Shown piece after piece: positions 34,258 to 44,517 of a stretch of DNA of 61,620 bases. How positions within the stretch are numbered: the stretch's first letter is position 1; the number at the start of each line of letters is the position of its first letter. The notes under the pieces were generated by a model. The model did not search any database and had not been told where the DNA came from. It saw only the letters and a program-made list of their open reading frames with translations. The DNA is taken from assembly GCA_963578625.1 (NCBI GenBank), contig CAUZEO010000003.1:1-61620 (forward strand), given 5' to 3'. The translations under genes were made by a program, and so were the position numbers. The DNA comes from Kiritimatiellia bacterium. GTDB taxonomy: Bacteria > Verrucomicrobiota > Kiritimatiellia > SLOV01.

Positions 34258-37200
34258 ATGGATTCACGTATCGTTCAAAGTAAGCTGGAGTTGCTCCACG
34301 GCGTGGTCGCCACACCCATCGCCGCCATCGAGGCATGGGAAGCACGTACGGCCGATCACGTCGGTCCCGGCGAGTATCAGGAGCTTGGCGATTGGGCGGC
34401 GCTGCCGCTGCCGGCGGACTGGCCCGGGCTGACCACCGTTTTCCTGCGCGCGCGTTTTGAGCCGCGTCCGGTTCCAGCAGGAGCCACGCTGTGTCTCGAG
34501 ATCGATCATCACGACCTGGAAGCACTGCTGTCCGTGGAGGGTCGCCCCTATGCCGGGATTGACGACCATCACCGGCGCGTGCCGGCCCCGTCAACCCCGG
34601 CGATTCTGGAGATCGAGGCCGTCGCGGCACCGTCCGTGCGTTGGGAGCCCCGGGATGCGGGCAACCGTGGCAGCTTTCGCGGGGCCCGACTCGTCGCCCT
34701 CGACGAGGCCGCGGAACGGGCCTGGCTCGAACTCGACTATGCGCGCCAGACCCTCGACGTCCTTCCGCCGGGCCGGCGCCGGTCCCGATTGGAACGGGCC
34801 CTCGAAGACGCCCTGCTGAAGACCGACACGACACGCGAACAGGAAGAGCAACGCCGGCAGTTGCACGCGGCGGCCGGCGCCCTGCGCAAGCAGATCGCGG
34901 CCATCGGCCGCGATGATGAAGGCGGCGCGCTGTACATGGTCGGCCACACGCACATCGATACCGCCTGGCTCTGGCCCGTGCGCGAGACCATCCGCAAATG
35001 CGCTCGCACGTTCGCCACCGCCTGCCGCCTGATGGAGCGATTTCCACAGTTTCATTTTTCCTGCTCACAGGCGCAGCTCTACGCCTACACGAAGGCGCAT
35101 TACCCGGCCCTCTACGACGAAATGCGCCGTTGGATCGAAGCGGGGCGATGGCACACCACCGGGGCCATGTGGATCGAGGCCGACTGCAATGTCACCTCCG
35201 GCGAGTCGTTGGTTCGACAACTGCTCCACGGCATCCGTTTCTTCCAGGAGGAGTTCGGCACGCGGCCACGCTGCTGCTGGCTTCCCGATGTCTTCGGCTA
35301 CCCGGCGTCTCTGCCGCAAATACTCTCGGGAGCCGGCGTGCCCTACTTCTTCACGTACAAGCTGCATTGGCAGTCTCGCAACCCGTTTCCAGCTCATCTG
35401 TTCCAGTGGGAAGGCATCGACGGCTCACGCGTGTTGGGACACATTCCGCTGCTCGTACATGGTTACAACGGCACGCCCACCCCGCGGCAACTGCAATTCG
35501 CCTGGGACGAGTTTCGGCAGAAGGACAGTTACCCCGAGCTCATGTTTCCCTATGGCTACGGCGATGGCGGCGGCGGGCCGACGGCGGAGATGGTGCAGCA
35601 ACTGGAGATCGCCACGGATTACCCGGGTCTGCCACGGTGCCGCACCGGCGGCGAGGAGACGTTTTTTGAGGAAGCCGCGGCCAGCGGCGCTGTCACCCGC
35701 GTGTGGCGGGGCGAGCTGTACCTCGAGACCCATCGCGGCACCTACACGACGCACGGCGACACCAAGCTCGGCAATCGCCTCTGCGAGATCGATCTGCGTG
35801 ATGCCGAGCTGCTCGGCTGTGCTGCGGCGTGGGCGGCCGCACCGGTGGATCTGGAGCCGCTGCGCGACGCCTGGAAGCTGACCCTGCTGAACCAGTTCCA
35901 CGACATCCTGCCCGGCACCTCGGTCAAAGATGTATATGTCGACACCCGCGCGGAGCATGCCCGGGCGCGGGCCGCCGCCGCCGGGGTCACGACCAGCGCC
36001 ATCGACGCGCTGACCGACCCCGCAGATGATGCAGAGATCACGGTCGTCAACACGCTCGGCTGGGATCGGTGCGATCCCGTCGAACTGTCGGCGCCGGCCG
36101 GACCGGCGACCGTCATGGACGCCGCAGGCAACTCGTGTCCGACACAGGCGGTGACGGCGGCCGACGGCCGGACCGCACTTCTTTTCGCGCCCGGTCCGGT
36201 AGCCGGCTTCTCGGCCGCGGGTTTCCGTGTCTCGACCGGAGCCGCCGAGGCAGCGTCGCCCTTCCGGATCGAAGCTCGACGCATCGAAACCCCGTTCTTC
36301 CGGGCCGAACTGGCGGACGACGGTACCATCACCCGTCTCATGGACAAGTCGTGCGACCGGGAGATCGCGGTGCCGGGGACGTCACTTAATGAGCTGCAGT
36401 TCTTTCAGGATGGCCCCGAGCGCGAGGCCGCCTGGAACGTGCATGCGACCTATGAGCGCTGCCGGTACGACGCCGACCCCGACGTCGGGATCGAAGTCGT
36501 CGAGACCGGGCCGGTGCGGGCCGTCATTCGAATCGATCGTCGTTTCCGCGATTCGACGTTCGTGCAACGTATCGTACTCTACAGCAACCTTCGCCGGATC
36601 GACTTCGAGACCGAGGCGATGTGGCGCGAGCGGCACGTGATGCTGAAGGCAGCCTTCCCCGTGGCCGTTCGGTCGCCGCGGGCCACGTTTGAGATTCAGT
36701 TCGGGGCGGTCGAGCGCCCGACCCATCGCAATACGTCCTGGGACGAAGAAAAATTCGAAGTGTGCGGCCGGCGCTGGGCAGACCTCTCCGAGCCGGGCTA
36801 CGGCGTCAGCCTGCTCAACGACTGCAAGTACGGCCACGACGTCCATGACAATTGTTTGCGCCTGACCTTGTTGCGCGGCAGCGACTGGCCGGACCCGGAG
36901 GCCGATCTCGGTGAGCACCGCTTCACGTACTCGCTGCTGCCGCATGACGGCGACTGGACAAGCGGCGGGACCGTGCGCCGCGCCGCCGAGCTCAATACGC
37001 CGTGGCGTCTGGCCGCCGGCCGGAAGCCCCGCGCCACGACACCGTGGCTATCGTTGTCCGGCATCGAGGTCGTCGCGGATACCTTGAAGCCCGCCGAGGA
37101 CGGGCGTGGCGAAATCCTCCGCGTCTACGAACCGCACGGCGGCCGTGGCCGGGTCGAGATCACGCCGGCCTGTGACCTGCGGCACGTAATCGAGACCAAC

Positions 37201-37305
37201 CTGGTCGAAGAGGACCTGGCCGCGGTCGCGGTCGCGGCCGACGGGAAATTCGCATTCGAGTTGCAGCCGTTCCAGGTTCGCACGTTCCGGCTGCAACGCA
37301 GCTGA
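34258..37305 (+). CDS. GH38 alpha-mannosidase
   Basis: GHTHIDTAWLWPVRETIRKCARTF, WIEADCNVTSGESLVRQLLHG and CWLPDVFGYPASLPQIL are GH38 signature blocks. 1015 aa, no signal peptide. Confidence 0.9.
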   Translation: MDSRIVQSKLELLHGVVATPIAAIEAWEARTADHVGPGEYQELGDWAALPLPADWPGLTTVFLRARFEPRPVPAGATLCLEIDHHDLEALLSVEGRPYAGIDDHHRRVPAPSTPAILEIEAVAAPSVRWEPRDAGNRGSFRGARLVALDEAAERAWLELDYARQTLDVLPPGRRRSRLERALEDALLKTDTTREQEEQRRQLHAAAGALRKQIAAIGRDDEGGALYMVGHTHIDTAWLWPVRETIRKCARTFATACRLMERFPQFHFSCSQAQLYAYTKAHYPALYDEMRRWIEAGRWHTTGAMWIEADCNVTSGESLVRQLLHGIRFFQEEFGTRPRCCWLPDVFGYPASLPQILSGAGVPYFFTYKLHWQSRNPFPAHLFQWEGIDGSRVLGHIPLLVHGYNGTPTPRQLQFAWDEFRQKDSYPELMFPYGYGDGGGGPTAEMVQQLEIATDYPGLPRCRTGGEETFFEEAAASGAVTRVWRGELYLETHRGTYTTHGDTKLGNRLCEIDLRDAELLGCAAAWAAAPVDLEPLRDAWKLTLLNQFHDILPGTSVKDVYVDTRAEHARARAAAAGVTTSAIDALTDPADDAEITVVNTLGWDRCDPVELSAPAGPATVMDAAGNSCPTQAVTAADGRTALLFAPGPVAGFSAAGFRVSTGAAEAASPFRIEARRIETPFFRAELADDGTITRLMDKSCDREIAVPGTSLNELQFFQDGPEREAAWNVHATYERCRYDADPDVGIEVVETGPVRAVIRIDRRFRDSTFVQRIVLYSNLRRIDFETEAMWRERHVMLKAAFPVAVRSPRATFEIQFGAVERPTHRNTSWDEEKFEVCGRRWADLSEPGYGVSLLNDCKYGHDVHDNCLRLTLLRGSDWPDPEADLGEHRFTYSLLPHDGDWTSGGTVRRAAELNTPWRLAAGRKPRATTPWLSLSGIEVVADTLKPAEDGRGEILRVYEPHGGRGRVEITPACDLRHVIETNLVEEDLAAVAVAADGKFAFELQPFQVRTFRLQRS

Positions 37306-37873
37306 GTCGTGAGAACCCGCTACCATCCGCCCAATGGGTTGACCCGTTCCCGTCCCTCGCGGTGTCGAGGAGCCGGGGGGGCATCGTAGAAGCCCCACCG
37401 GACCGAGGGACATGTGGTTCCCGCCCGAACATCCATCCGGCGGGGGAGCACTGCGCGCCGCCCTCGGCGGACCAGGTGTCGGCCAGGACGTAAATCGTGC
37501 TCCAAAATCTCTTGTGCCCCTCTGGAGCCGCGAACCCCGGATTGCGGAGCCCGATCGAGAAGCGTACACTGGGTCAACTGATGAAATTCCCCCATCCCGA
37601 CCGGAAAGCCTTTACTTTCATCAGGCGACTCGCCGTCGTCTCCACCATCTCCATCCCGGCGTCACCGGCCCGTGATGAGCACATGAAGGCAACGGCCGAG
37701 CGCGTGCAGGAGATCTCGGAGCGCTTCACTGCCCTGAAACAACGTCTCTACCTCGGCCAGGCCGGAGGGCTGGTGGAGAACGCGCTGGCCGACGTGCGCG
37801 AGGCGACCGGGTTGACCGTACCCGAACCACTGTTTTCCCAAGCGCCGTGGCTAAATTCGAGGAGGTGAGGTCT

Positions 37874-40654
37874 ATGCGGAAAAGGCCGATCAGCGCCTCG
37901 CCGATTGGAAAGACGGCCTTGATCACCGTTCTGCTCGCCGCTTTGCTATCGTCGTCCGCCTCCGGCGTTGCCGCCGAGCAGAAGGTCCGGCTCCGTGTCC
38001 CCGGACTGCCGCGGCGAGGGGACACGAGTCTGGTGGCCCTGGTCCGACTGGCCCAGTACGAAACCTTTCTGCGCCGCAATCCGGACATCGAGGTGGTGTC
38101 TCCCACCAAGCTTCATATGCCGGGGAAGCTGCACGAGGGGCTGGAGCTGATGTCCATTGCCGGCGACTCGGCCCCGGACGTCCTCAATCTCTACGTCCGC
38201 AAGGTCCAGAACTTCATCGACCAGGGATTCATTTATGACCTCGAGCCCCTGATCGAGCAGGAACTGAAGGCTGATCCCGATTTCGTGGCCCGTCTGGGAA
38301 CGCCGGAATTCCTCTGGCCCGTGGTGACGAAAGACGGCCGGCGGTATGCCCTGATCAAAGACTATTACCTCCGCAACATGATCTACCGGAAGGACCTGAT
38401 GAGGGAGGCGGGGATCGACCCGCCCCGCGCGCCAAAGGATTGGGATGAGCTCTACGACTTCGCCCGGCGAATGACCCGGCCGGACCGGGAGATTCCCCAG
38501 GCCGAGAAGGTGGACGGGCAGTGGGGGCTGCGCCTGATGTGGGGCAGTTTCGCCGGTTGGCTCTTTACCGATTTTGTCTGGCAAGCGGGCGGCGACATGA
38601 TCCGTCAGTTCAAGACGTGCCCCCGGTGCGGTGCCGAGCACGAAGCGGTCAAGGAGAAGGAACTGCTTCGTTGCGGGGACTGCGGAGGGGAACTCGCCTC
38701 GATGGCCCCGGAATGGCGATTGACGTACGGGGACGAAGCGGGAGCCGAGGCCCTGCGCTTCTACAAGAAGCTGCGCTGGTCGAAGTGGGCCCGCTGTCCT
38801 CACGACGACGAGCCCGTCGACGTCCCCACCGTGGTCTGCCCCACCTGCCGCGAGCCCAACCCGGTCCTGCCCGATCCCGGCGCCGGCAAAAAGCCCGACC
38901 GGATGGCCTGCCGGGTGGACGGGACCTCCCTGGAAGTCCCGGCAGCGAAGAAACGCTTCGTCTGCCCGCTCGACGGGACGTTTCTGGACGGGGAAAAGAT
39001 CCATACCGGCGTGGTGGAGATGCAGGAACAGGGGTTGACGGATTTCGAAGCGGGCAGCGTGGGCATGGCGGGTCACACCAGCATTCACGACGCAGTACGG
39101 CACTTAGAGACGGTAGGCCTGCGGGGCGCGGACATCGGGTTTGCCCCCTGGCCGGCCGGGCCGGGGGGCCGGGCCAGTTTCGTGGGCGGCAACGCACTGG
39201 GCATCAACCGAAACGTAAAGGACCCCCGCGTGATGGACGCGGCCTGGCGTCTGATCAAGTTCATGTGCAGCGAAAATGCCCGTCGCATCGAGACGCGGGT
39301 GAAAGTGGAAAACGGGTTCGCCCTCTACAGCGATCCGCGCGACCTGAAGCGATTCGGCTACGACGAGTATTACGAGCAGTTCTCGCCCGAGCTGGTCCGG
39401 GTCTACGATGAGATCGACCGGATCGGGCGGGTGGAACCTTTCGTGGCCAACTACCAGATCGTCCAGGCCGTCCAGCTCACCGAACCGGTGGATACGATCC
39501 TGAAGCTGGCCGACGGCTACCGTTACGACCCGGCCGTCCTGATGCGGGAGAACGAGCGGAAGAGCAACACGGCGGTCATGAAGGTGCGGGAGGAGTCCCT
39601 CCACGGGAAAAGGCAGCGGGTCGCTTGGTTCTTCTTCGTCCTTGCCGTTCCGCTGGGGGCCCTGCTCATCCGGGCCGTGCTGCGCGGCCATGCCGAAAAG
39701 CTGGCCAAGGAAGAAGTCGTGCCGCCCGCGCGCCGGCGACTTCGCGTTCGGCTGCGGATCTGGTGTTTCCTGGGGCCGGCGGTGGTCCTGGTGCTGGTGT
39801 GGCAATACCTCCCGCTGTTCCGGGGATCGGTGATGGCCTTCTTCGATTACCGGATCATGGCCCAGAGTCTCTACCTGGGTCTCGACAACTTCATCGAGGC
39901 CGCGACGTCGGGTCTCTTCTGGCGGGTGATGGGGAACACCGTGATCTACGTGGCCATGACCCTCGGGTTCGGGTTTCTCGTCCCGATCATCCTCGCCGTC
40001 ATGCTCAGCGAGACCCCGGTGGGAAAGATGTTCTTCCGCACCGTCTTCTATCTCCCCACCGTCATCTCCGGCATCGTGATCATGCTGCTGTGGAAAGTGA
40101 TCTACCAGGCCAGCGACGACGGCCTGCTGAATCGCCTCCTGGCGGCGCTCAACGAGATCACCATGCGGGTGGGCTGGCAGATCTACGATCGGCCCATCGA
40201 CTGGCTCGGCGAAAACGCCTTCCTCGCCATGGCCTGCGTGGTGATTCCAGGCGTCTGGTCGGGAGCGGGAGCGGGCAGCATTCTCTACCTGGCCGCCCTG
40301 AAGACGGTGCCGGAGGATCTCTACGAATCGGTGGCCCTGGACGGCGGCGGGGTGGTGCAACGCATCCGCCACATCATGATCCCGTTTCTCCTACCCCTGA
40401 TTGTGATCAACTTCATCGGCGCCCTCATCGGGAGCTTTCACGCCATGGCCAACATCTTCGTCATGACCGGCGGCGGTCCCGTGAACGGGACGCGGGTGAT
40501 CGGGCTGGAGATCTGGGCCAACGCCTTCGTCTTCCTGAAGATAGGATACGCCACCGCCCAGGCGTGGATCCTGGGGGCCATGTTAATCGGGTTGACCCTG
40601 ATGCAAATGCAGATCCTGAAGCGGGTCGAGTTCAGGGCGGGGGAGGCCAATTAA
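37874..40654 (+). CDS. Fusion protein 2: solute-binding domain with Cys-knuckle inserts + MalF/UgpA-type ABC permease
   Basis: ATG at 37874 is preceded by GGAGGTGAGG. Signal/anchor KTALITVLLAALLSSSASGVAA, then SBP blocks (DSAPDVLNLYV, MIYRKDLMREAGIDPPRAPKDWDELYDF, FVWQAGGD). A TM helix (VAWFFFVLAVPLGALLI) and a basic loop follow. The permease part has the EAA loop EDLYESVALDGGGVVQRIRHIMIPFLLP. The architecture matches 12358..15039. Confidence 0.85.
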   Translation: MRKRPISASPIGKTALITVLLAALLSSSASGVAAEQKVRLRVPGLPRRGDTSLVALVRLAQYETFLRRNPDIEVVSPTKLHMPGKLHEGLELMSIAGDSAPDVLNLYVRKVQNFIDQGFIYDLEPLIEQELKADPDFVARLGTPEFLWPVVTKDGRRYALIKDYYLRNMIYRKDLMREAGIDPPRAPKDWDELYDFARRMTRPDREIPQAEKVDGQWGLRLMWGSFAGWLFTDFVWQAGGDMIRQFKTCPRCGAEHEAVKEKELLRCGDCGGELASMAPEWRLTYGDEAGAEALRFYKKLRWSKWARCPHDDEPVDVPTVVCPTCREPNPVLPDPGAGKKPDRMACRVDGTSLEVPAAKKRFVCPLDGTFLDGEKIHTGVVEMQEQGLTDFEAGSVGMAGHTSIHDAVRHLETVGLRGADIGFAPWPAGPGGRASFVGGNALGINRNVKDPRVMDAAWRLIKFMCSENARRIETRVKVENGFALYSDPRDLKRFGYDEYYEQFSPELVRVYDEIDRIGRVEPFVANYQIVQAVQLTEPVDTILKLADGYRYDPAVLMRENERKSNTAVMKVREESLHGKRQRVAWFFFVLAVPLGALLIRAVLRGHAEKLAKEEVVPPARRRLRVRLRIWCFLGPAVVLVLVWQYLPLFRGSVMAFFDYRIMAQSLYLGLDNFIEAATSGLFWRVMGNTVIYVAMTLGFGFLVPIILAVMLSETPVGKMFFRTVFYLPTVISGIVIMLLWKVIYQASDDGLLNRLLAALNEITMRVGWQIYDRPIDWLGENAFLAMACVVIPGVWSGAGAGSILYLAALKTVPEDLYESVALDGGGVVQRIRHIMIPFLLPLIVINFIGALIGSFHAMANIFVMTGGGPVNGTRVIGLEIWANAFVFLKIGYATAQAWILGAMLIGLTLMQMQILKRVEFRAGEAN
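38618..38965 (+). other. Cys-knuckle insert region of fusion protein 2
   Basis: CPRCGAEHEAVKEKELLRCGDC lies at 38618..38683. A second Cys cluster follows: RCPHDDEPVDVPTVVCPTC...MACRVDG...FVCPLDG. Confidence 0.55.
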
Positions 40655-42565
40655 ATGCCCCTGATCCTTCCGGCTGAGCGACGTTCGTTGCGTGCGATCC
40701 TGTTTCACGGCCTGATCGTGGTGCTGCTGGCCCTGGGCTCGGTGACCATGCTCTACCCGTTTGCCATTACGGTGGCGACCTCGTTCACGAGCAACGTCGA
40801 CTACCGCGATTGGCGGTTGATCCCCCGGTATTTTCACGACGACGTGGCCCTGTACCGCAAGTACCTGGAGGCACGGTACGGAAAGGACCGGCCTTTCTTT
40901 CTCGAATTCCAGAGCAAGCACAGGCTCGAGGAGATTTCACAGTACACACAGATCGAAGCGATCCCCGAGGTCGATCTCGACGATCCCCACCTGCAGTGCC
41001 GGGTCGAGGACTGGGACCGGTTTCGGAGGGAATTGCCCGAGCGGTTTATGCGCACCTATTTCTTTGACGCCAACTACCTGGAGGGACGGTCGCAGAAGGT
41101 GTTCCAGCGGTATCTGCGGAACCGGTTCGACCATGATCTCGCGGCCTTCAATGCCCATCTGGGTCTCGGAATTCCCTTCAAATCGTTCCACGAAGTCAAC
41201 GTGCCGGACGTCAACCTGGAGGGACACGGGTTGCGCATTCGCCGGGACCCGCTGCGGGATCTCTTCCTGTCCTACCGGGAGGAGATGCCCCTGGATCTGA
41301 TCAATCCCCTCAACTTCGACCAAATCTACCAGGCCCGAATCCGCGGCCGGTACGCCGACATCGGCGCGGTCAACCGGGCTTGGGGGCGGGCCTTTCCCGG
41401 TTTTCTGTCGATCCGGTTTCCGACCGTTCGACCGGAGGGGGAGGAGGGTGCGTTCTGGGCCGAATTCATGCGCAAGCGCTTTCCCATCCGCTTCGTGAAG
41501 GTAAGGAGCAATCACGCCGAGGCCTACCGGGGCTTTCTGGCCGAGCGCTACCAGGGGGAGGCTCGATACAATCGGGTGGTGGACAAGTTCAACGCGGAAT
41601 CGGGTCTGGCTATCCCCGCCCTGGCGGACACGGTCTTTCCCTCCATGCCTCCGGAGACCGATTTCGAGTTTCAGAACTGGAAGCGTTTCATCGACGAGAA
41701 GGTTCCGTTGGAGCAGCTCATCATCGAGACGACGCACACCCGCTATCACGATTGGCTTGGAAGAAACTACGGGACCGTCGAGGCGCTGAACGGAACGTAT
41801 GGAGCCGGCTACGCCGCAGTCGAGGAGGCGGAGCTCCCGTGGGTCCTCGCGGACGCAGCCTGGTTCAAGGCCAACCGCAACCAGATCAAGCGCGAGTTCA
41901 TCACGGCGAACTATCGCATGGTCTGGAGCTTCATGTCGCAGCGGGGAAGAGCCTTCTGGAACACGATCGTGCTCGTGGTGCTGTCGGTGATCGGGGCTCT
42001 TACCATCCAGCCCATGGCGGCCTTTGCCCTGAGCCGCTATCGCTTCTCCTACAAGCACAAGGTGCTCATCTTCCTCATCGCCACCATGTCGTTCCCGGCC
42101 GAAGTGACCATGATCCCGAATTTCCTGCTGTTGCGGGAGTTCCACCTGTTGAACACCTACGCGGCGCTGATCCTGCCGGGGCTGGTGAGCGGGATCAGCA
42201 TCTTCTACCTGAAGGGGTTTTTCGATTCGCTTCCGCGTGAGCTCTACGAGGCGGGGATGATCGACGGGGCCTCGGAGCCGCGGATGTTCTGGGAGATCAC
42301 CATGCCGCTCTCCAAGCCGATTCTGGCCGTCATCGGGCTCAACGCCTTTACCGCGGCCTACGGCGGCTTCATGTGGGCGCTGCTGATCTGCCAGGAAGAG
42401 AAGATGTGGACCCTGATGGTCTTCCTCTACCAGTTTTCTTCGCAGAACAAACCCCCGCCGGCCCAGATGGCCGCTTTTGTCCTGGCGGGGATACCGACGC
42501 TGCTGGTCTTCATCTTCGCCCAGAAGACCATCATGCGCGGGATCATCGTGCCGACAATGAAGTAA
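40655..42565 (+). CDS. MalG/UgpE-type ABC permease 2 with large TM1-TM2 insertion
   Basis: The ATG directly follows the TAA of the upstream gene. TM1 is ILFHGLIVVLLALGSVTMLYPFAI. About 385 non-hydrophobic residues follow. The last 203 aa are a permease core colinear with 15054..17099 (FWNTIVLVVLSVIGAL..., RELYEAGMIDGASEPRMFWEITMPLSKP). Confidence 0.85.
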   Translation: MPLILPAERRSLRAILFHGLIVVLLALGSVTMLYPFAITVATSFTSNVDYRDWRLIPRYFHDDVALYRKYLEARYGKDRPFFLEFQSKHRLEEISQYTQIEAIPEVDLDDPHLQCRVEDWDRFRRELPERFMRTYFFDANYLEGRSQKVFQRYLRNRFDHDLAAFNAHLGLGIPFKSFHEVNVPDVNLEGHGLRIRRDPLRDLFLSYREEMPLDLINPLNFDQIYQARIRGRYADIGAVNRAWGRAFPGFLSIRFPTVRPEGEEGAFWAEFMRKRFPIRFVKVRSNHAEAYRGFLAERYQGEARYNRVVDKFNAESGLAIPALADTVFPSMPPETDFEFQNWKRFIDEKVPLEQLIIETTHTRYHDWLGRNYGTVEALNGTYGAGYAAVEEAELPWVLADAAWFKANRNQIKREFITANYRMVWSFMSQRGRAFWNTIVLVVLSVIGALTIQPMAAFALSRYRFSYKHKVLIFLIATMSFPAEVTMIPNFLLLREFHLLNTYAALILPGLVSGISIFYLKGFFDSLPRELYEAGMIDGASEPRMFWEITMPLSKPILAVIGLNAFTAAYGGFMWALLICQEEKMWTLMVFLYQFSSQNKPPPAQMAAFVLAGIPTLLVFIFAQKTIMRGIIVPTMK

Positions 42566-42626
42566 CGCGTCCCTTGCTCACCTCTTCGCCTCCAGGCTCT
42601 CAATCGTTCCCTGCCGCGCCACGATC

Positions 42627-43220
42627 TCACCGTTCACCCAGCGTAGCCAGGCTGAAATCGACGTTGAAAAACGGCGTTTCCATCTTCACCCGGCCCGGTT
42701 CCCCTCCGCGCAGTCGGGCCAGATGATCAACACATACGAAGTAGTCCGAAAAGCCCTCGCTCCTGACTTCAATCACCCGTGGCATCGCCCATCCGTGCAG
42801 TTCTTTGCCGATCTCGTAGCCATTCGGGTCCCTCAGCGTGCACTGCCGCTCCTCGAGACGCAATCGCCGTACGCTCCGGATTCTGTATCCGTCTTCCGCC
42901 CTGTAGGGTTCGTGCGCGACGACGAAGTGGCAGTTCTCTTCGCTGTGCGGGTAGGTGCCGCCGAGCCATCGGCCGGTGCCGGGCATGTTCGATTCGTAGA
43001 CCTTGCGGTTGATGACGATCCCGTAGCGTCCCTCGATGCTTTGGACGCCCTCCCGCGCCCGCCAGCTGCGCGGCGCCTTCCCGGTGAGGATCTCGCTCTC
43101 GTCTTCGGCGCCGTAATGGAGGGCAAGGTGAATGCCGCCCTCATGCTTGCAGAGAACCGTATCTGACGCGCCCGGTGCTTGCGTACAGACGCGTATCGTG
43201 TCTGCTGAAGGTACCGGCAC
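42627..43220 (-). pseudogene. Stand-alone C-terminal fragment of a heparinase II/III-like gene
   Basis: 197-aa ORF colinear with roughly the last 190 aa of 21593..24082: CKHEGGIHLALHYG, GRYGIVINRKV, HFVVAHEPYR, RSVRRLRLEER, DYFVCVDHLARLRGGEPGRV. It lacks all catalytic N-terminal and central parts and the last ~25 aa. Confidence 0.55.
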
Positions 43221-43289
43221 CTCTGCTGGCGGATCAACGATTCAGATAGAGTTTCTTATTGCGATTCAGATTTCGAAGAGGAAGGGTGT

Positions 43290-44504
43290 GTGGTTGTGAG
43301 CTTTAAATCTGCATTTGTGATATGCGCGTACGTGGGCGCATCCGCAGCCCAGGCCCAAGAACCACCCCCGAACCTCCTCCCCAATCCCGGCTTCGAAGAG
43401 ACGCCCGACGCGCTGCTCGGCGAAGGACGAACGATAGGGGAAGGGAAGGACACGTTTTCCTGCCCCGGCTGGTGGGGGGGGCGGAGCAAGGGGACGGTGC
43501 GGGTGTCGGGCGATACACGCGACAAGGCCGGCGGGAAGACCAGTCTTCGGTTCGATTTCCTCGATCCCGATACCGACAACGAGGTCTTCGTTCAAGGCCG
43601 GGTCCACGGGGTCAAGCCACGCACCATCTATCGCCTCGGGGGCAAATTCAAAGTGCTCAACGTCAACTGGGTCTTCTCGTTCAGCCACACGTATGAGTAT
43701 GTGGGAGACGAACGCGTCGGCGGCACCGGGAGGCGGACGATTAATTACCCGACCTCAAGCGGATTCGAAGACCGCGAGGTCTGGATCATCACCGGGCCGA
43801 AGGTTTCCTGGATCGAAGTACGAATCCAGTGGCGGGGCCGGCCGACCATCGAGGGGATCGTCCGGCAGCCGTCGATTGTCTGGATGGACGACCTGGTGCT
43901 GGAGGAAATCGGCCCGGTGTTTCCGCCAGAAGGCGACTACCTGGCCGAGGATTTCGAGGGCAAGGAGCTGGACGGGTGGGTGCTCACCGAGATCGGGGCG
44001 CATTGGGAACCGACCGATCCCGGGTACGGGGACGCACGCAGCCCGCAGATCTCCGATGAGCAGGCCCACAGCGGGAAGCAGAGCCTCAAGATGGTCCCCA
44101 CCTGGGGCGTAGTCACCCGGCCCTTCGACCGGGAGGTCAGCAATTGCATCGTGACGGGGTGGTTCTACGAGGTACCCAGTACCCCCAACGACAAGTGCCG
44201 CGGCATCGTGCTGCTCGCTGACGACGGCAAGCGGGTGGGGTTGGGCACGCACCGCGAATCGCTGTCGAACTACATCTGCTACCTCGATACCGGAGTGAAG
44301 GTGACCGATGTGCCCAAAAGCCAGGCGTGGCACGAGTTCAAGTTCGATGTCACCGAGGGGGAGGGAGTGGTCTGCTTCATCGACGGAGTCGAAGTGGGAC
44401 GGACCGACAAGATCGACCGCTTCAGCAGCGTGCAGATCGGCGAACACGCCTGGCGCGGCAGCACCGCGTTCGTGGACGATCTCTCCATCGTGATGAAACC
44501 GTAG
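43290..44504 (+). CDS. Secreted CBM4_9-like + LamG-like protein, family member 3
   Basis: GTG start with GAGGAAGGG upstream. Signal peptide SFKSAFVICAYVGASAAQA. PPNLLPNPGFEE is a CBM-type opening. The C-terminus is VCFIDGVEVGRTDKIDRFSSVQIGEHAWRGSTAFVDDLSI. Confidence 0.75.
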   Translation: MVVSFKSAFVICAYVGASAAQAQEPPPNLLPNPGFEETPDALLGEGRTIGEGKDTFSCPGWWGGRSKGTVRVSGDTRDKAGGKTSLRFDFLDPDTDNEVFVQGRVHGVKPRTIYRLGGKFKVLNVNWVFSFSHTYEYVGDERVGGTGRRTINYPTSSGFEDREVWIITGPKVSWIEVRIQWRGRPTIEGIVRQPSIVWMDDLVLEEIGPVFPPEGDYLAEDFEGKELDGWVLTEIGAHWEPTDPGYGDARSPQISDEQAHSGKQSLKMVPTWGVVTRPFDREVSNCIVTGWFYEVPSTPNDKCRGIVLLADDGKRVGLGTHRESLSNYICYLDTGVKVTDVPKSQAWHEFKFDVTEGEGVVCFIDGVEVGRTDKIDRFSSVQIGEHAWRGSTAFVDDLSIVMKP

Positions 44505-44517
44505 CCCAAAGCGCACC

